In this document: positions 37,924-48,771 of the stretch, in pieces
Layout of the letters: each line of letters begins with the position of its first letter
Position numbering within the stretch: position 1 is the stretch's first letter
NCBI GenBank assembly: GCA_052327205.1
Contig: CM126218.1
Coordinates: forward strand, 44,578,001 to 44,642,000
Direction of reading: 5' to 3'
Source: Somniosus microcephalus
Taxonomy: Eukaryota
Length of the DNA stretch: 64,000 nt
Position numbers and translations under genes: made by a program
Notes under the pieces: model-generated
Told to the model about the DNA's origin: nothing
The model's database searches: none
Seen by the model: the letters and a program-made list of their open reading frames with translations, nothing else

Positions 37924-40881
37924 TCAATTATAAGTCAGTCTCTCTGCAGGCTTCCTGACTCGGTCCGGATAACGCCTCGGTGGTGCAGTAGTTTCTGGTG
38001 GTGTAGCAGGTTCTTTTGGCAAGGCTGATTCGGCTTGAATGCCAGTGTCGGGTTCATCGGTTTCCAGTATCACCGGATCGGAGGTAGATACTATGGGTAT
38101 CTCTACTTCATCATTAGGCGTATAGAGTTGTGGTGTAGGTTGTCCCTTTTCGGATGACTCTATGATTTGGTCAGCATGGCGCCTTATTATGCTTTCTCCG
38201 ATGTTCACGGTATACATCAGCGGTCCTAGTCGTGTGCAGATAGTTCCAGGCTGCCATTCCTCGGTACGGTAGACCCGGGCCAAAACTTGTTGACCTATCT
38301 GGAAGGTTCTAGTTAGCCTTTCATTCATGCCTTGAAATTGCCGGTTCTCCACGTCCCTTCTGATGTTTGGCTTGATCAAATCCAGCCGGCATCTTAGGCT
38401 TCTATTGAAGAACATCATGGCGGGAGTTTGGTTTGTAACCATATGTGTTGCATACCTGTATGCAAACAAGAAGTTATCCACCTTATGCTGAAGTTTTATG
38501 TCTTCATTACCCATGGCCTTTATGGCCTTCTTGAAGGTCTGGACAAACCTTTCAGCCAATCCATTGGTGGCGGGATGGTATGGGGCGGACGTGTAGTGCT
38601 TAACCCCATTGTTTTTTAAGAACTTCCTGAATTCTTCGGACACAAATTGCGGTCCATTATCAGAACAGATCTGTTCAGGCAGCCCATTCCTGGCAAATAT
38701 GGTCCTTAATACTGTGATGGTTTTTTCCGTGGTGGTGGAGGACATCTTTATTACCTCCGGCCACTTGGAGTGTGCATCAACCGCGATTAAGAACATTGAG
38801 TCCATAAATGGACCAGCAAAGTCGATGTGTACCCTTTGCCAGGGAGATGAGGGCCACTCCCATGGATGTAGAGGGGCTTGTGGTGGAGCGTTTTGGACCT
38901 TCTGGCATCCTAGGCAGCTCTTGATCATTTCTTCGATGTCTCCATCGATACCTGGCCACCATACAAACGCCCTGGCTAGGTTCTTCATTTTCACTCCACC
39001 CAGATGCCCCTCGTGAAGCTCCTTTAGAACTTTATCCTGGAGTTTGGGTGGAATCACCACTCTGGATCCACACATCAAGGTTCCTCGGCACACTGACAGC
39101 TGTTCTCTTCTTTGCGAGAATGCTGGCAACAGTGGTTCGCCATGTGCTGGCCATCCCTTCACTGTTAAATCATAGACTCGTGAGAGAGTCGGGTCATTTC
39201 TCATTTCCCTTTCAATGGCAGAATTTGTTACTGGTAGACATTCGACTATGGTAGAGTGGAAAATCTCCACTGGGTCTACGGTAGGTGCTTCTTCTACCGT
39301 TGGCAACGGTAGGCGCGATAAACCGTCAGCATTCCCATGCTGTTTTGATCCTTTGTATTCTATGTTATATTGGTGTGCCCCTTGAAAAAGGGACCACCTC
39401 TGTAGCCTTTGCGCTGTCATAATGGGAACACCCTTTTTAGGGTTGAATATGGAGATGAGGGGTTGATGGTCAGTCAACAAGGTAAATTTTTGTCCGTGTA
39501 GGTAATGGTTGAATTTCTTCACTCCCCATACCAGGCTGAGTGCTTCCCTGTCGATTTGGGCATAGTTACGCTCAGCTGAGTTCAATGAGCGTGACGCAAA
39601 AGCTATCGGCCGTTCCGAGCCATCAGGGAATTTATGCAATAATACTGCTCCTACGCCGTAAGGGTATGCATCGCACGCCAGTCTGATTGGCAGTGATGGG
39701 TTGTAATGAGCCAAAACTTCTTTGGACGTGATCAAGCCTTTGCATTTATGGAAGGCACGTTTACAGTCTTCGCTCCATTTCCAAATTACTCCTGTTTGTA
39801 GCAGTTCATTAAGAGGGTGTAGAAGAGTTGATAAATTCGGTAAAAATTTATGACAGTAATTTATTAATCCCAGGAACGACCTTAATTGTGAAACATTTTC
39901 AGGTGCTGGGGCTTTTATGACCGCTTCAATTTTTTCAGGTGACTTATGCAACCCTTCCTTATTAATTATGTGGCCACAATATGATATTTGATTCTGGAAA
40001 AATTTGCACTTGGGGCGATTTGCTCGTAGGCCCCGTTCTCTCAGCCTAGTGAGCACCTGCTCCAAATTGGCAAGGTGCTCGTTGTCGTTTTCTCCTGTTA
40101 CAAGGATGTCGTCTAGGTAGCATTGAGTCCCCGGAATCCCTTGGAGGACTTGCTCCATAGCTCTTTGCCAGATAGCTGGAGCGGATGCTACTCCGAAAAC
40201 CAGTCGATTGTACTGGTAGAGGCCTTTGTGTGTATCCATCGTGAGGTACTTTTTAGAGGCCTCTTCAACCTCCATCTGTAGATATGCCTGTGCCAAGTCA
40301 ATTTTGGTGAAACGTTTCCCTCCGGATAGTGAGGCGAAAATATCTTCTATCCTCGGAAGAGGATACTGTACCGTGTGAAGGACCGGGTTTACAGTCACCT
40401 TGAAGTCTCCACAGATGCGAATTTTTCTCTGTTCTTCAGATTTATCATTATTCAATGTTTTCTTCATGACTGGGACGATGGGTGTTGCCCACTCGCTCCA
40501 ATCTATTTTGGATAATACGCCTGCCTTTTCCAAATTCTCCAGCTCTGCCTCGACTGCTGGATGAGTTGCGTATGGCACTGGTCTTGCCTTAAAAAACTTG
40601 GGAATTGCCGCATCTTCCACTTTTATTGAGGCTGTGATGCCTTTCAAGGTTCCTAGTTTCTCTTGAAACACTTCTTTGGCGTTGGCCAAGATGTCTTTTA
40701 ATCGTTCAGGTATGACGTCATCATCGTTTTTTTCCTTACTGGTCACCGTCAGTGCCTGAATGGAATGCCAGTCTAAACGTATTTTCCTGATCCATTCACG
40801 TCCCAACAGCGGTGGACCACCACCTTGTAGAACGTATAAATACAACTTTTGTATTTCCTTGCTGTTGTATACAACAGGCAC
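37924..40881 (-). CDS. Gypsy Pol segment RT-RNase H-integrase (985 aa open; upstream gag-PR disrupted)
   Basis: WATPIVPV, YPLPRIED, YLDD, LACDA, TDHQPL, ADGLSR, HHCC, HIDFAGP, SDNGPQF, NGLAERF. Confidence 0.9.
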   Translation of the reverse strand: MPVVYNSKEIQKLYLYVLQGGGPPLLGREWIRKIRLDWHSIQALTVTSKEKNDDDVIPERLKDILANAKEVFQEKLGTLKGITASIKVEDAAIPKFFKARPVPYATHPAVEAELENLEKAGVLSKIDWSEWATPIVPVMKKTLNNDKSEEQRKIRICGDFKVTVNPVLHTVQYPLPRIEDIFASLSGGKRFTKIDLAQAYLQMEVEEASKKYLTMDTHKGLYQYNRLVFGVASAPAIWQRAMEQVLQGIPGTQCYLDDILVTGENDNEHLANLEQVLTRLRERGLRANRPKCKFFQNQISYCGHIINKEGLHKSPEKIEAVIKAPAPENVSQLRSFLGLINYCHKFLPNLSTLLHPLNELLQTGVIWKWSEDCKRAFHKCKGLITSKEVLAHYNPSLPIRLACDAYPYGVGAVLLHKFPDGSERPIAFASRSLNSAERNYAQIDREALSLVWGVKKFNHYLHGQKFTLLTDHQPLISIFNPKKGVPIMTAQRLQRWSLFQGAHQYNIEYKGSKQHGNADGLSRLPLPTVEEAPTVDPVEIFHSTIVECLPVTNSAIEREMRNDPTLSRVYDLTVKGWPAHGEPLLPAFSQRREQLSVCRGTLMCGSRVVIPPKLQDKVLKELHEGHLGGVKMKNLARAFVWWPGIDGDIEEMIKSCLGCQKVQNAPPQAPLHPWEWPSSPWQRVHIDFAGPFMDSMFLIAVDAHSKWPEVIKMSSTTTEKTITVLRTIFARNGLPEQICSDNGPQFVSEEFRKFLKNNGVKHYTSAPYHPATNGLAERFVQTFKKAIKAMGNEDIKLQHKVDNFLFAYRYATHMVTNQTPAMMFFNRSLRCRLDLIKPNIRRDVENRQFQGMNERLTRTFQIGQQVLARVYRTEEWQPGTICTRLGPLMYTVNIGESIIRRHADQIIESSEKGQPTPQLYTPNDEVEIPIVSTSDPVILETDEPDTGIQAESALPKEPATPPETTAPPRRYPDRVRKPAERLTYN

Positions 40882-40890
40882 CCTTATTTT

Positions 40891-41918
40891 TCATTTGGGG
40901 TATACTTTCTGCCCCGTATATGTTTTCAAGATAATGGATGTGTCTTTTAAAGGTATATGTGGAAATAGCCGCTCGTAATCCCGTCGATTTATGACGGTTA
41001 GAGCTGATCCTGTATCTAGCTCCATTTTAACTGGGGACCCTGCTATCGTGAGGGTAACCCAAATGGTCTGGTAATCTTCTTTGGCAATTACATTATGTAA
41101 TTTGAGACAGCTTAGTCTCTTGTTTCCGGAGTCGCTATCGCTCTTCTGGTCTTCGGAGCTACTGTCCGTCATCATTTGTACCTTTCTGTACTTTTCTTTA
41201 TTGATTTTTTTTTTTTCCTGTCCGTGGATTTTTTTTGTCCAGATCGGCATACCCGTGCAATGTGTCCAATCTTTCCGCATTGCCTGCATCCTTTGTCCTT
41301 GAACCAGCAGTCCCTCTGGTCATGGGTGGATCTGCCGCAGCGATACCATCTCTCGAAACCCTGTGTCATTTCATGGGTGCCGAAGTCCTGTGTCTTTTGT
41401 TGTATCTCTGCAGTTCCTCTTGCGGCTGCTTCGTATGATACAGCCATACTGAAAGCCTTGTCCAGTGTTAAATCTTTATCAGAAATCAGCCTTTTCTGTG
41501 TTCCTTCACTTAGGAGACCGCAGACGAATTTGTCTCGAAGATAATCTGCTAGTCCTGCCCCGAATTGGCAGTGCTTTGATAGCTTTCTTAATTCGGTGAG
41601 GTAATCAGCGTTACTTTTATTCTTGTGTTGATTCCTCTTGAAGAATTTGAATCGTTCCGCTATCAGCAGCGGTGTTGGGTTTAAGTGCTCCTGTAGGGTA
41701 TCAACAATTTCTTTAAAATTCTTGTCCTTTGGTTTGGCTGGAGTGGTTAAGTTTCGTAACAGCCCGTATGTCTTTGCGCCCATTAGATATAGAAGTACTG
41801 ACGCTTTTTTTTCATTTTCTATTCCATTTGCGGTGCAATATACCTCCACTCTTTCCACATATGTGGTCCAATCCTCTATATCGTTATCAAAAGCATCAAT
41901 TTTGCCAGACTTAGGCAT
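40891..41918 (-). pseudogene. gag and protease of element 3 (frameshift in an A-run near 41210; nonsense codon at 40891)
   Basis: MPKSG...DWTTYVER, CRQCGKIGHIARVC knuckle, ELDTGSA protease site. Confidence 0.88.
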
Positions 41919-44900
41919 CCTGGAAAAAGATGGCGCTTCCCGCGCTTTTCTTTCTTTTCTGCAGAAAAGATATGGCACTTCCTGCGCTTCCCCGCCGCTG
42001 CTGCCGATGACAACGCTGTTTTCCGCGGGTTTCCCTTCTTTTGATTTATTTATTTACAGGTGGAGACTCGTTCCCGCCGGATTCTCTCTGCTAGGTCTGA
42101 ACGCCGACCTACTTGCAGCACCGGCCGTCTCCCGAGTGCTCCCTCCCCGTCTGTTACTGCTTGCCTCCGCCTTCGCAGCTTGGCCTAGCTGCAGAGCCAG
42201 CCGCTGGAGCCCCAGCCCGACGCCCAGGAAGGATTATTGCAGTACCTGCCACCAGCTCGGCTAGCTGGTGAAACCACAGCTTATTCTTTTTCTTGCTTTT
42301 CTTCGACTTTGGACGCCAGAGGAATCGATGTCCTTCAGGTGCTGCCGAATTGCAGGTAAGTCCGTTTCCAATTCGTCGCCACTGTTGTGTCCGTGTGTTA
42401 ATAGAGACACTGAAGACTGGAGTTGGTTTCACAGGTGTTTACTAAACAAAGTCTGGAGGGGAACTAACTGATACAACACAATATACAGGCTTATATAGCC
42501 CGAGTGGCCATTACAGTACACAGGGGGCTCTTAAAGGCACATACACTACACAGGAGGAGCCTGCAGCAGCTGTGGCCAGTGCCAGACCCCGAGCTGCCTC
42601 CAAATTCGACGAGGCTTCACTGTAGGCATTATTGGATGGGGTTAGGGCCCACAGGGAGGTCCTCTTCCCTAGGTCAGGGAGGAAGAAGCCTCCCACTGAG
42701 ACCAATGCTGCATGGATGCAGGTGTCAGCAGATGCCAACTCGCTGGGAGTCACCAGAAGAACATTGGCATTACATCTCTAACTCCTTCCTTTACTCCCCC
42801 ACAGTACCATCCAGGGCCCCCGTCCTCACTGTGGTGGAGGAAGAGGCTGTGTAGCCAGACTCCTCAGAGGAAGCTCCAACCTCTGAGGGCGCAGCGTCAG
42901 CAGAAGTAAGCGCACCCAGCACCAGCGCAGACACTCACACCTCGGGGGGACCTTCGGGACATAGCGTAGTGTTGTCACCTGGTGTTTCACAGCTCACAAG
43001 TGAGCCTCAGCAGATTCTGGAGACAGTGACAGCAGTGGAGAGTCCTCGTCGGAGGACGCAGGACTCTGCCAGCTCAGCTCAGCTGCGCTGCATGTCGACC
43101 CTCTGCCTCTGGGTCCATCCGCAAGAGAAGAGGTGATGGCTCTCCATGCACAGATGCAGAAGTCTCTGGCAGGTTTTGTCTCCAGGGTCGCTGCGAGTGT
43201 GGAGCGAATGGAGGAATCCATAGCGACCATGAGCAGAGCCTTTGTGGAGTCATTGGTGCATGAATGCATCCCCATGGAAAGGTTGGCAACCTCCATGCAG
43301 GAGATAACTCGCCAGGGTACGGAAAACATGGTGAGTGCTCATAAGAGAATGACACCTCTTGAGGAGCATTGGCCATCTGTTCAACAGAGAAACCAGATCT
43401 TCATGGAAGTCCTTCTGAGTAGGACTGCCAGTGCAGAAACGGGTCCCACTGGCCCCCTAAAGCGCAGCAAGGTGCTCTCAAGCCACTTCCAAACACTGGC
43501 CCCTTCTGGCCTGTGCAGCTTCAGGTGAGTGAGCAGCAGCCTGGTGCTCCTGGTGCTCATCGTGCTGTTCCTGGTTCTGTTGCTGCCACCTCTGCTGTTG
43601 GAGATCCTCTAATGCCAGGAAGGGAAGGTACCAAAGGCCTCCCATGCTTCTGGCAGATGCCTCCGTTGAGGGGGCGCTGAGTTAGGGTGGTGAGAGGGGC
43701 TTCCCAGGAGCTCACACTGGAGAAGTGTGTGAGGCTCCAACTTTCTGCAGCTGTTCCTAAGGCTTCAAACAGTTCCCCCAAGCCTTGATCAACAAGGTCC
43801 TGCAGCCTGCAAATGCTGCCTATTTAAATCTCTTCAGCCCTCAGCGACCTGCTGCTGCAAGCAAACAAGCCAGCTGTTTTCACGCCAGCTCTCATCGGCG
43901 GGGTTCCCCGCAGGCGTGTTTCATGTGGGGAAAGCCCCAAAGTCGCAACGGCCCCGGAAAATCTTCCTTAACAAGGTGATCATTGGTGATTAGTGCTCCA
44001 ACGAGCAGTCCCGCCAGCGGCGGCCGGGACTGAAGCGGGGCGCGTGGAAACGGCGGTCCGAAAGTCGGACGGGGTGGGGAATCAGGCGGGGGGGTGGTCC
44101 CGACCCGCTTTTTCACCGATGTTCGGCCCCCGGCCGCATGAAAAGCCGCCCGACGGCGGCCAGAAAATCGGGGCCATAGAGTACAAAAGCGTGGAAATTA
44201 TGAAGAACCTGTATAAAACACTGTTTGGTCTCAACTGGAGTATTGTGTCCAATTCTGAGCACTGCACTTTAGGAAGGATGTGAAGGCCTTAGAGAGGGGG
44301 CAGAAAAGATTTACGAGAATGATTCCAGGGATGGGGGACTTCAGTTGCGTGGATAGACTTGAGAAGCTGGGGTTGTTCTCCTTAGAGCAGAGATGGTTGA
44401 GAGCAGATTTGATAGAGGTGTTCAAAATCATGAGGGATCTGGACAGAGTAGATAGAGGGAAACTGTTCCCATTAGCAAAGTGGTCGAGAACCAGAGGACA
44501 CAGATTTAAGGTGGTTGGCAAAAGAACCAAAGGCGACAGAAGAAAAATCTTTTTTACGCAGCGAGTGGTTAGGATCTGGAATGCACAGCCTGAAACGGTG
44601 GTGGAGGCAGCCTCAATCATGGCTTTCAAAAGGGAGTTGGATGAGCACCTGAAAGAAAAAAATTTGCAGGGCTACGGGAAAAGGGCGGGGGAGAGGTGCT
44701 CTTGCAGAGAGCCGACATGGGCTCGATGGGCCGAATGGTGTCCTTCTGTGCTGTAACCATTGTATGATTCTATCCACTCTCCTTATAAAACATTTTATTA
44801 GCTGACTTACATTAAGAAACACAACAGGAACATTGCACATTTTTCATCCATCGTACTTCAGTGTGCCTGACACACTTCACTGTCCTTCACACCACTCGCG

Positions 44901-46468
44901 CAAACATCACCTGGGACAGTCTGGACAATCCTGATCAACATTTACCAGGAGCTGAATTGTCAATTCTCCAAACACGGTGTTTTTTTTCCTCTGGAAATCT
45001 TGTTTCCCTGACACTTTTTAAAGTCTTTACCGAGTGAGAGACCTGCCCATGTCCCTCTTCTTCTCCATCCTGATCCCCATGTAGCTGCTCCAATGTTGTC
45101 GAAAATAGTGTGGAAAAGAAAGAGGGAATAGAGATTCTGAAAAATCCTGTTAGAAATTATTAGAATGCTTTGTGATTATCAAAACCATCTTGGCAAACAA
45201 TTAAAGTGTAAACGATGATAACAGTTTTCCTTACCGGCATTTTAGATAGCTTCTTGATCATTGATCCATTAGCCTGATTAGTGGTTTTATATGCATAAAA
45301 TTAATAACATCTTATTAGAATAAGGACATTATGGAGATTATCAATAGCATTACACCCTATTCTGTTTTCTTTCCAACCCTTTAAAAGGTGAAATATTTGA
45401 GGGCAGAAGTTATGGTTGAAATGATAGTTAGCAAAAAAATACTTAGAAGTCTCCTAATTTGCTTTCTGCTGTTTAACGGAGATGTCAACTTATTGTCATA
45501 GTATAGCAGAGAGAAGTTCACTATCAGCATGTTAAGCATTTGTATAATAGCATCACTGACAGTAATTTCTACCCTTTAATCTCTTCATCTTTTATTTACT
45601 GTGAGTACTGCTTAGTGTCTTTGACCATAAAGGAGTTATTTAAGGCCATATCTCATTAGTGTTCCTGATGATCATTGTTGAGATAAATATCTTTTTAAGA
45701 AATAAAACTTAAAACAATGCTTCATCAGTCTGACAATTGGGCAATGAAACATGTTTGAGTACCTGGGGCTTATTTTGTAGCATATTGTAATGGTAATTCA
45801 TAATAGGCCCAGAAGATAAAATGATCAGATATACTGGAAAAAAAAATTGTGTGTTAGCATTTTAACAATACTTAATCATCTCAATTGTCAATAGATCTGT
45901 GAATATTATACAAATTTATACGGCAAATTTCTCTTTTCTTAGTTTCATAATGAAAGCACCTGACTACTGTAGTTAAGCTGAATAAATTTATATTTTATAT
46001 GCTGTGGAGGCAACAGATTTAGTAGGTTCTTATTGTGGCAAATTTTACGTGTAGCTGATAAGCATTTTTGGATCTGTAAATTTGTATTATTTATACTGTA
46101 TAATCAAACTGTAATATGTACCCATATAAATTGTTACAGCCTTAAAAATAGTTCCAAGCATTGGCCCGGAATTTCCTTGAAACTTGCACCAAAACAATGG
46201 CTAGTGTGGCCTAATGCTGGTTTTCAGCGCAAAAGTTAGAGGAAATTTGCGCCTAAGTGACTTATACAGTTTTTATGCTACGTACGAGTGTCCTCAATCT
46301 TTTACATGGATTCAACAAAATCTCCACTGAAACCTTCTGCCAATCATTAACATGGTGCTGCCCCCTCCCCCATGCAAAAGACCTGAAAACGAGAGTTTCC
46401 TGCATCGATACCAGTGCTGAATGGGGCATAAATTTTAGGTGCAGCAGGCATTGCAGTTTACAGGACTG

Positions 46469-47488
46469 ATGCATCTTCCTCCAAGAAGCACTTGGTGCAT
46501 GTTGCTTGGGAGTAGGTGACTTAAATCAGGTAATACTAGTCAGCACGCACTCTCCCAAATATGAGTCCTACACAGCAGACCCAGACTCCTACCAGAAAGG
46601 GGTAGGGGTGCCAGAAACCCTGCAGGCTGTCTGTATCTTTGAATGCACTTTTATGGCATCAGAATGAGTTAAATTAAAAATTGAAAAGCTTCCACGATTG
46701 AATTGTCTTCAACATGCTGTGCCTTATTAGCATAAATGATGATTTGATAGCTTCAAACGTTAATTATCATACTTAAAGAGAGACTTTCCGAAGGAATATG
46801 GCGTACATTCCACAGTCTCCTTGGGCCGCGATTGGTTATGCTGATTGTTTACGTCAGTTTTTACATTCCAATGAATGCTAATGTGATTGGCAAGAAATTT
46901 AGGTATAGCAACGGTTGGCAAGAATGGCATAGAATCCGGCGTCCGTTTTGGCACTAGTCCAGCGACATAATGGAATCAGCTGACAGGAAAATATGCTGTT
47001 CATGTGCTATTCAGAGGTTAACTGTGGGTTAATGACATTTATTGGAAGAATTTATTCCTGCTGGCTTACTGCCAATTTTGTTGTTTTCACTCTGAGTGTT
47101 GAAATGTGGCCTACATCTCTCACACAGCAGCTAGACAATGAAGAGAGAAGAGTATTAATCGTTTTAATCATCAGTGAACTGCATGGTGGTTAAGCACCTG
47201 AAATATCACAGGAAAGACAATGCCAGATAATTACTTTGCATAATTATAGCAGAATTGGGCATTGCAGAAAGAGGGAAGCCAATTTTACCGATTAGGAACT
47301 ACAAGCCTTAATACAAGAATTCAGGGAGAGGAGGCACCCAATTTATGCACCTTCCTCCAAGAAGCACTTGGTGCACCGTGCTTGAGAGTAGGTGACTTAA
47401 ATCAGGTAACACTAGTCAGCCGCACTCCCCCAAATATGACTCCAACACAGCATACCCTGACTCCTACCCAGAAACCCAGCAGACTGTC
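46469..47488. repeat. Pair of diverged ~145-160-bp direct repeats (46469-46631, 47345-47488)
   Basis: Shared cttcctccaagaagcacttggtgca...agtaggtgacttaaatcaggtaa...ccaaatatga. Confidence 0.85.
46820..46960. promoter_or_regulatory. Candidate promoter/enhancer motif cluster
   Basis: Three CCAAT/ATTGG boxes (46831, 46868, 46886), CRE-like TTACGTCA (46849), RFX-like half site GGTATAGCAAC (46902), local CpG retention. Confidence 0.35.
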
Positions 47489-47901
47489 AGTGAAGCCCTG
47501 CCGCTAGCCAACACACTTACTCCTTATTCAAGGCAATTGCTTAAAAGTGGATTCAGTGTTACACATCTGAAATGAAGCATAGACATCAAATAGAGAAGCA
47601 CTGTGCCAACTCAAACTGCCAACATTCACACACTGCATAATCTATAACATTAATATTGGTACTTGTGTGACGTGCTCTATTTTAGAGATAGGTAAGCATT
47701 TTCTATGAGATATTACAGTGTTAAAGTGGCAACAGTTAGCTGTCAACATTCCCTGTTATGCATGTATTTGGCATCCGGTAACACCTCAATTTTAAAATTC
47801 TCATCCTTGTTTTCAAATCCCTCCATGACCTTAAATAACAGAAAATGCTGGAAACACTCAGCAGGCAAGGCAGCATCCATGGAGAGAGAAACAGAGTTAA
47901 C

Positions 47902-48738
47902 GGGGTTGATTTTCAGTGTGCCGTGAGGTGGGCTTTTAGGCGTGCGGGGGGCTAAAATCCCGAATTCGGGGGTCCCGACACCATCCCGCCCAAAACCCGC
48001 CTCCATGTAAGTTTCAAAGGAGGCGGGTACCCGCCCCGCACTGGGACCCGCCGACTCGAGGCGGGAAGGGATTAGCGCCAATTAACTGCCTGTTAACAGG
48101 TAGTTAACAGGCAGTTTTTAGCCTAATCCCTATTTTGAAGGTTGTCGTGTGGGATTCCCGACGGCTCCAAACCACGCCAAGTTAGAGGAGTTGGGCCGTC
48201 GAGTTGAAGGACTTGGAGGGGTCGAGATGTCGGTGTTCAGGTGAGTGATGGGTGCATGAGTGCAAAGGTAAGTGTGTTTGGTGTGTCTAAAGTGTGTAAA
48301 GCAATTTAAATTACCTGTACTTACCTTTACAGCCTTCCTCTAGATTTCGGGAGTCCATCATTCAGCCGGCACAGAAAGCAGAATGGCCGCGAGCTGTCAA
48401 AAGTGACAGCCTGCAGCTTTCAGTGCCGGCGAGATTTCTAACTGAGTCTGCGTAGAAGGACTCAGGTTAGAAGTAAGACTGTCAGTGTTTGACAGCTTCA
48501 AACAGCTGTGAAACACTGGTATTTCATCTGTCAACACGTCTTGACAGATGAAATTTCAGTCTGTGACATCACCTGTTGCCGGGTGGCCCTTAATTGGCCT
48601 GCTGAGCCCGCTGGGCGGGCTCAACAAGGTCAATCAAGTGAAAATCGCATGGATTGGCCGCATCTCGATGGAGGCGGGACTACAACCCGAAAGTTGTAGT
48701 CCCGCCTCCTTCCTGACTTCGGAATGAAAATCCAGCCC
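47902..48738. mobile_element. Harbinger-type MITE, family B copy
   Basis: TIR GGGGTTGATTTTCA / TGAAAATCCAGCCC; TSD AAC (47899-47901 / 48739-48741). Confidence 0.92.
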
Positions 48739-48771
48739 AACGTTTCAGGTCTGTGACCCTTCGTCAGAACT
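48739..48771 (-). ncRNA. Minimal type I hammerhead ribozyme motif (interrupted)
   Basis: Minus strand AGTT-CTGACGA-AGGGTC aca GACCT-GAAAC-GTT; the stem I partner AACT lies beyond the MITE at 47895-47898. Confidence 0.75.

Larger units (their letters stand above)
37654..42550 (-). mobile_element. Full-length Ty3/Gypsy (Mag-like) LTR retrotransposon, element 3
   Basis: LTRs at 37654-37830 and 42383-42550 (3 substitutions, 9-bp indel); TSD CGGGA/CAGGA; PBS TGGCGACGA; PPT aaaaggggcggaat. Confidence 0.96.
37398..44175 (+). mobile_element. Non-autonomous Harbinger element (~1.9 kb without the nested Gypsy) with Myb/SANT ORF remnant
   Basis: TIR GGCCTCGATTTTC / GAAAATCGGGGCC; TSD ATA (37395-37397 / 44176-44178); 42551 onward reads RPRAASKFDEASL*ALLDGVRAHREVLFP...TNAAWMQV; coiled-coil-like ORF at 43133-43528. 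Confidence 0.85.
34300..44772 (+). mobile_element. Near-complete CR1 ORF2 (APE endonuclease + RT + tail), degraded and interrupted by nested insertions
   Basis: VNARS...ETWL, FYRPP, GNFNYP and NSDH endonuclease motifs (34330-34950); RT at 35186-35850 and 36661-37397; resumes at 44176; tail ...tgtaaccattgtatgattctat. Confidence 0.93.

Noticed and set aside
41638-42264. Long antisense ORFs over Gypsy and CR1 coding regions (also 19443-19994 and 63097-63522)
   Set aside because: Shadow frames of retroelement genes with no independent motifs
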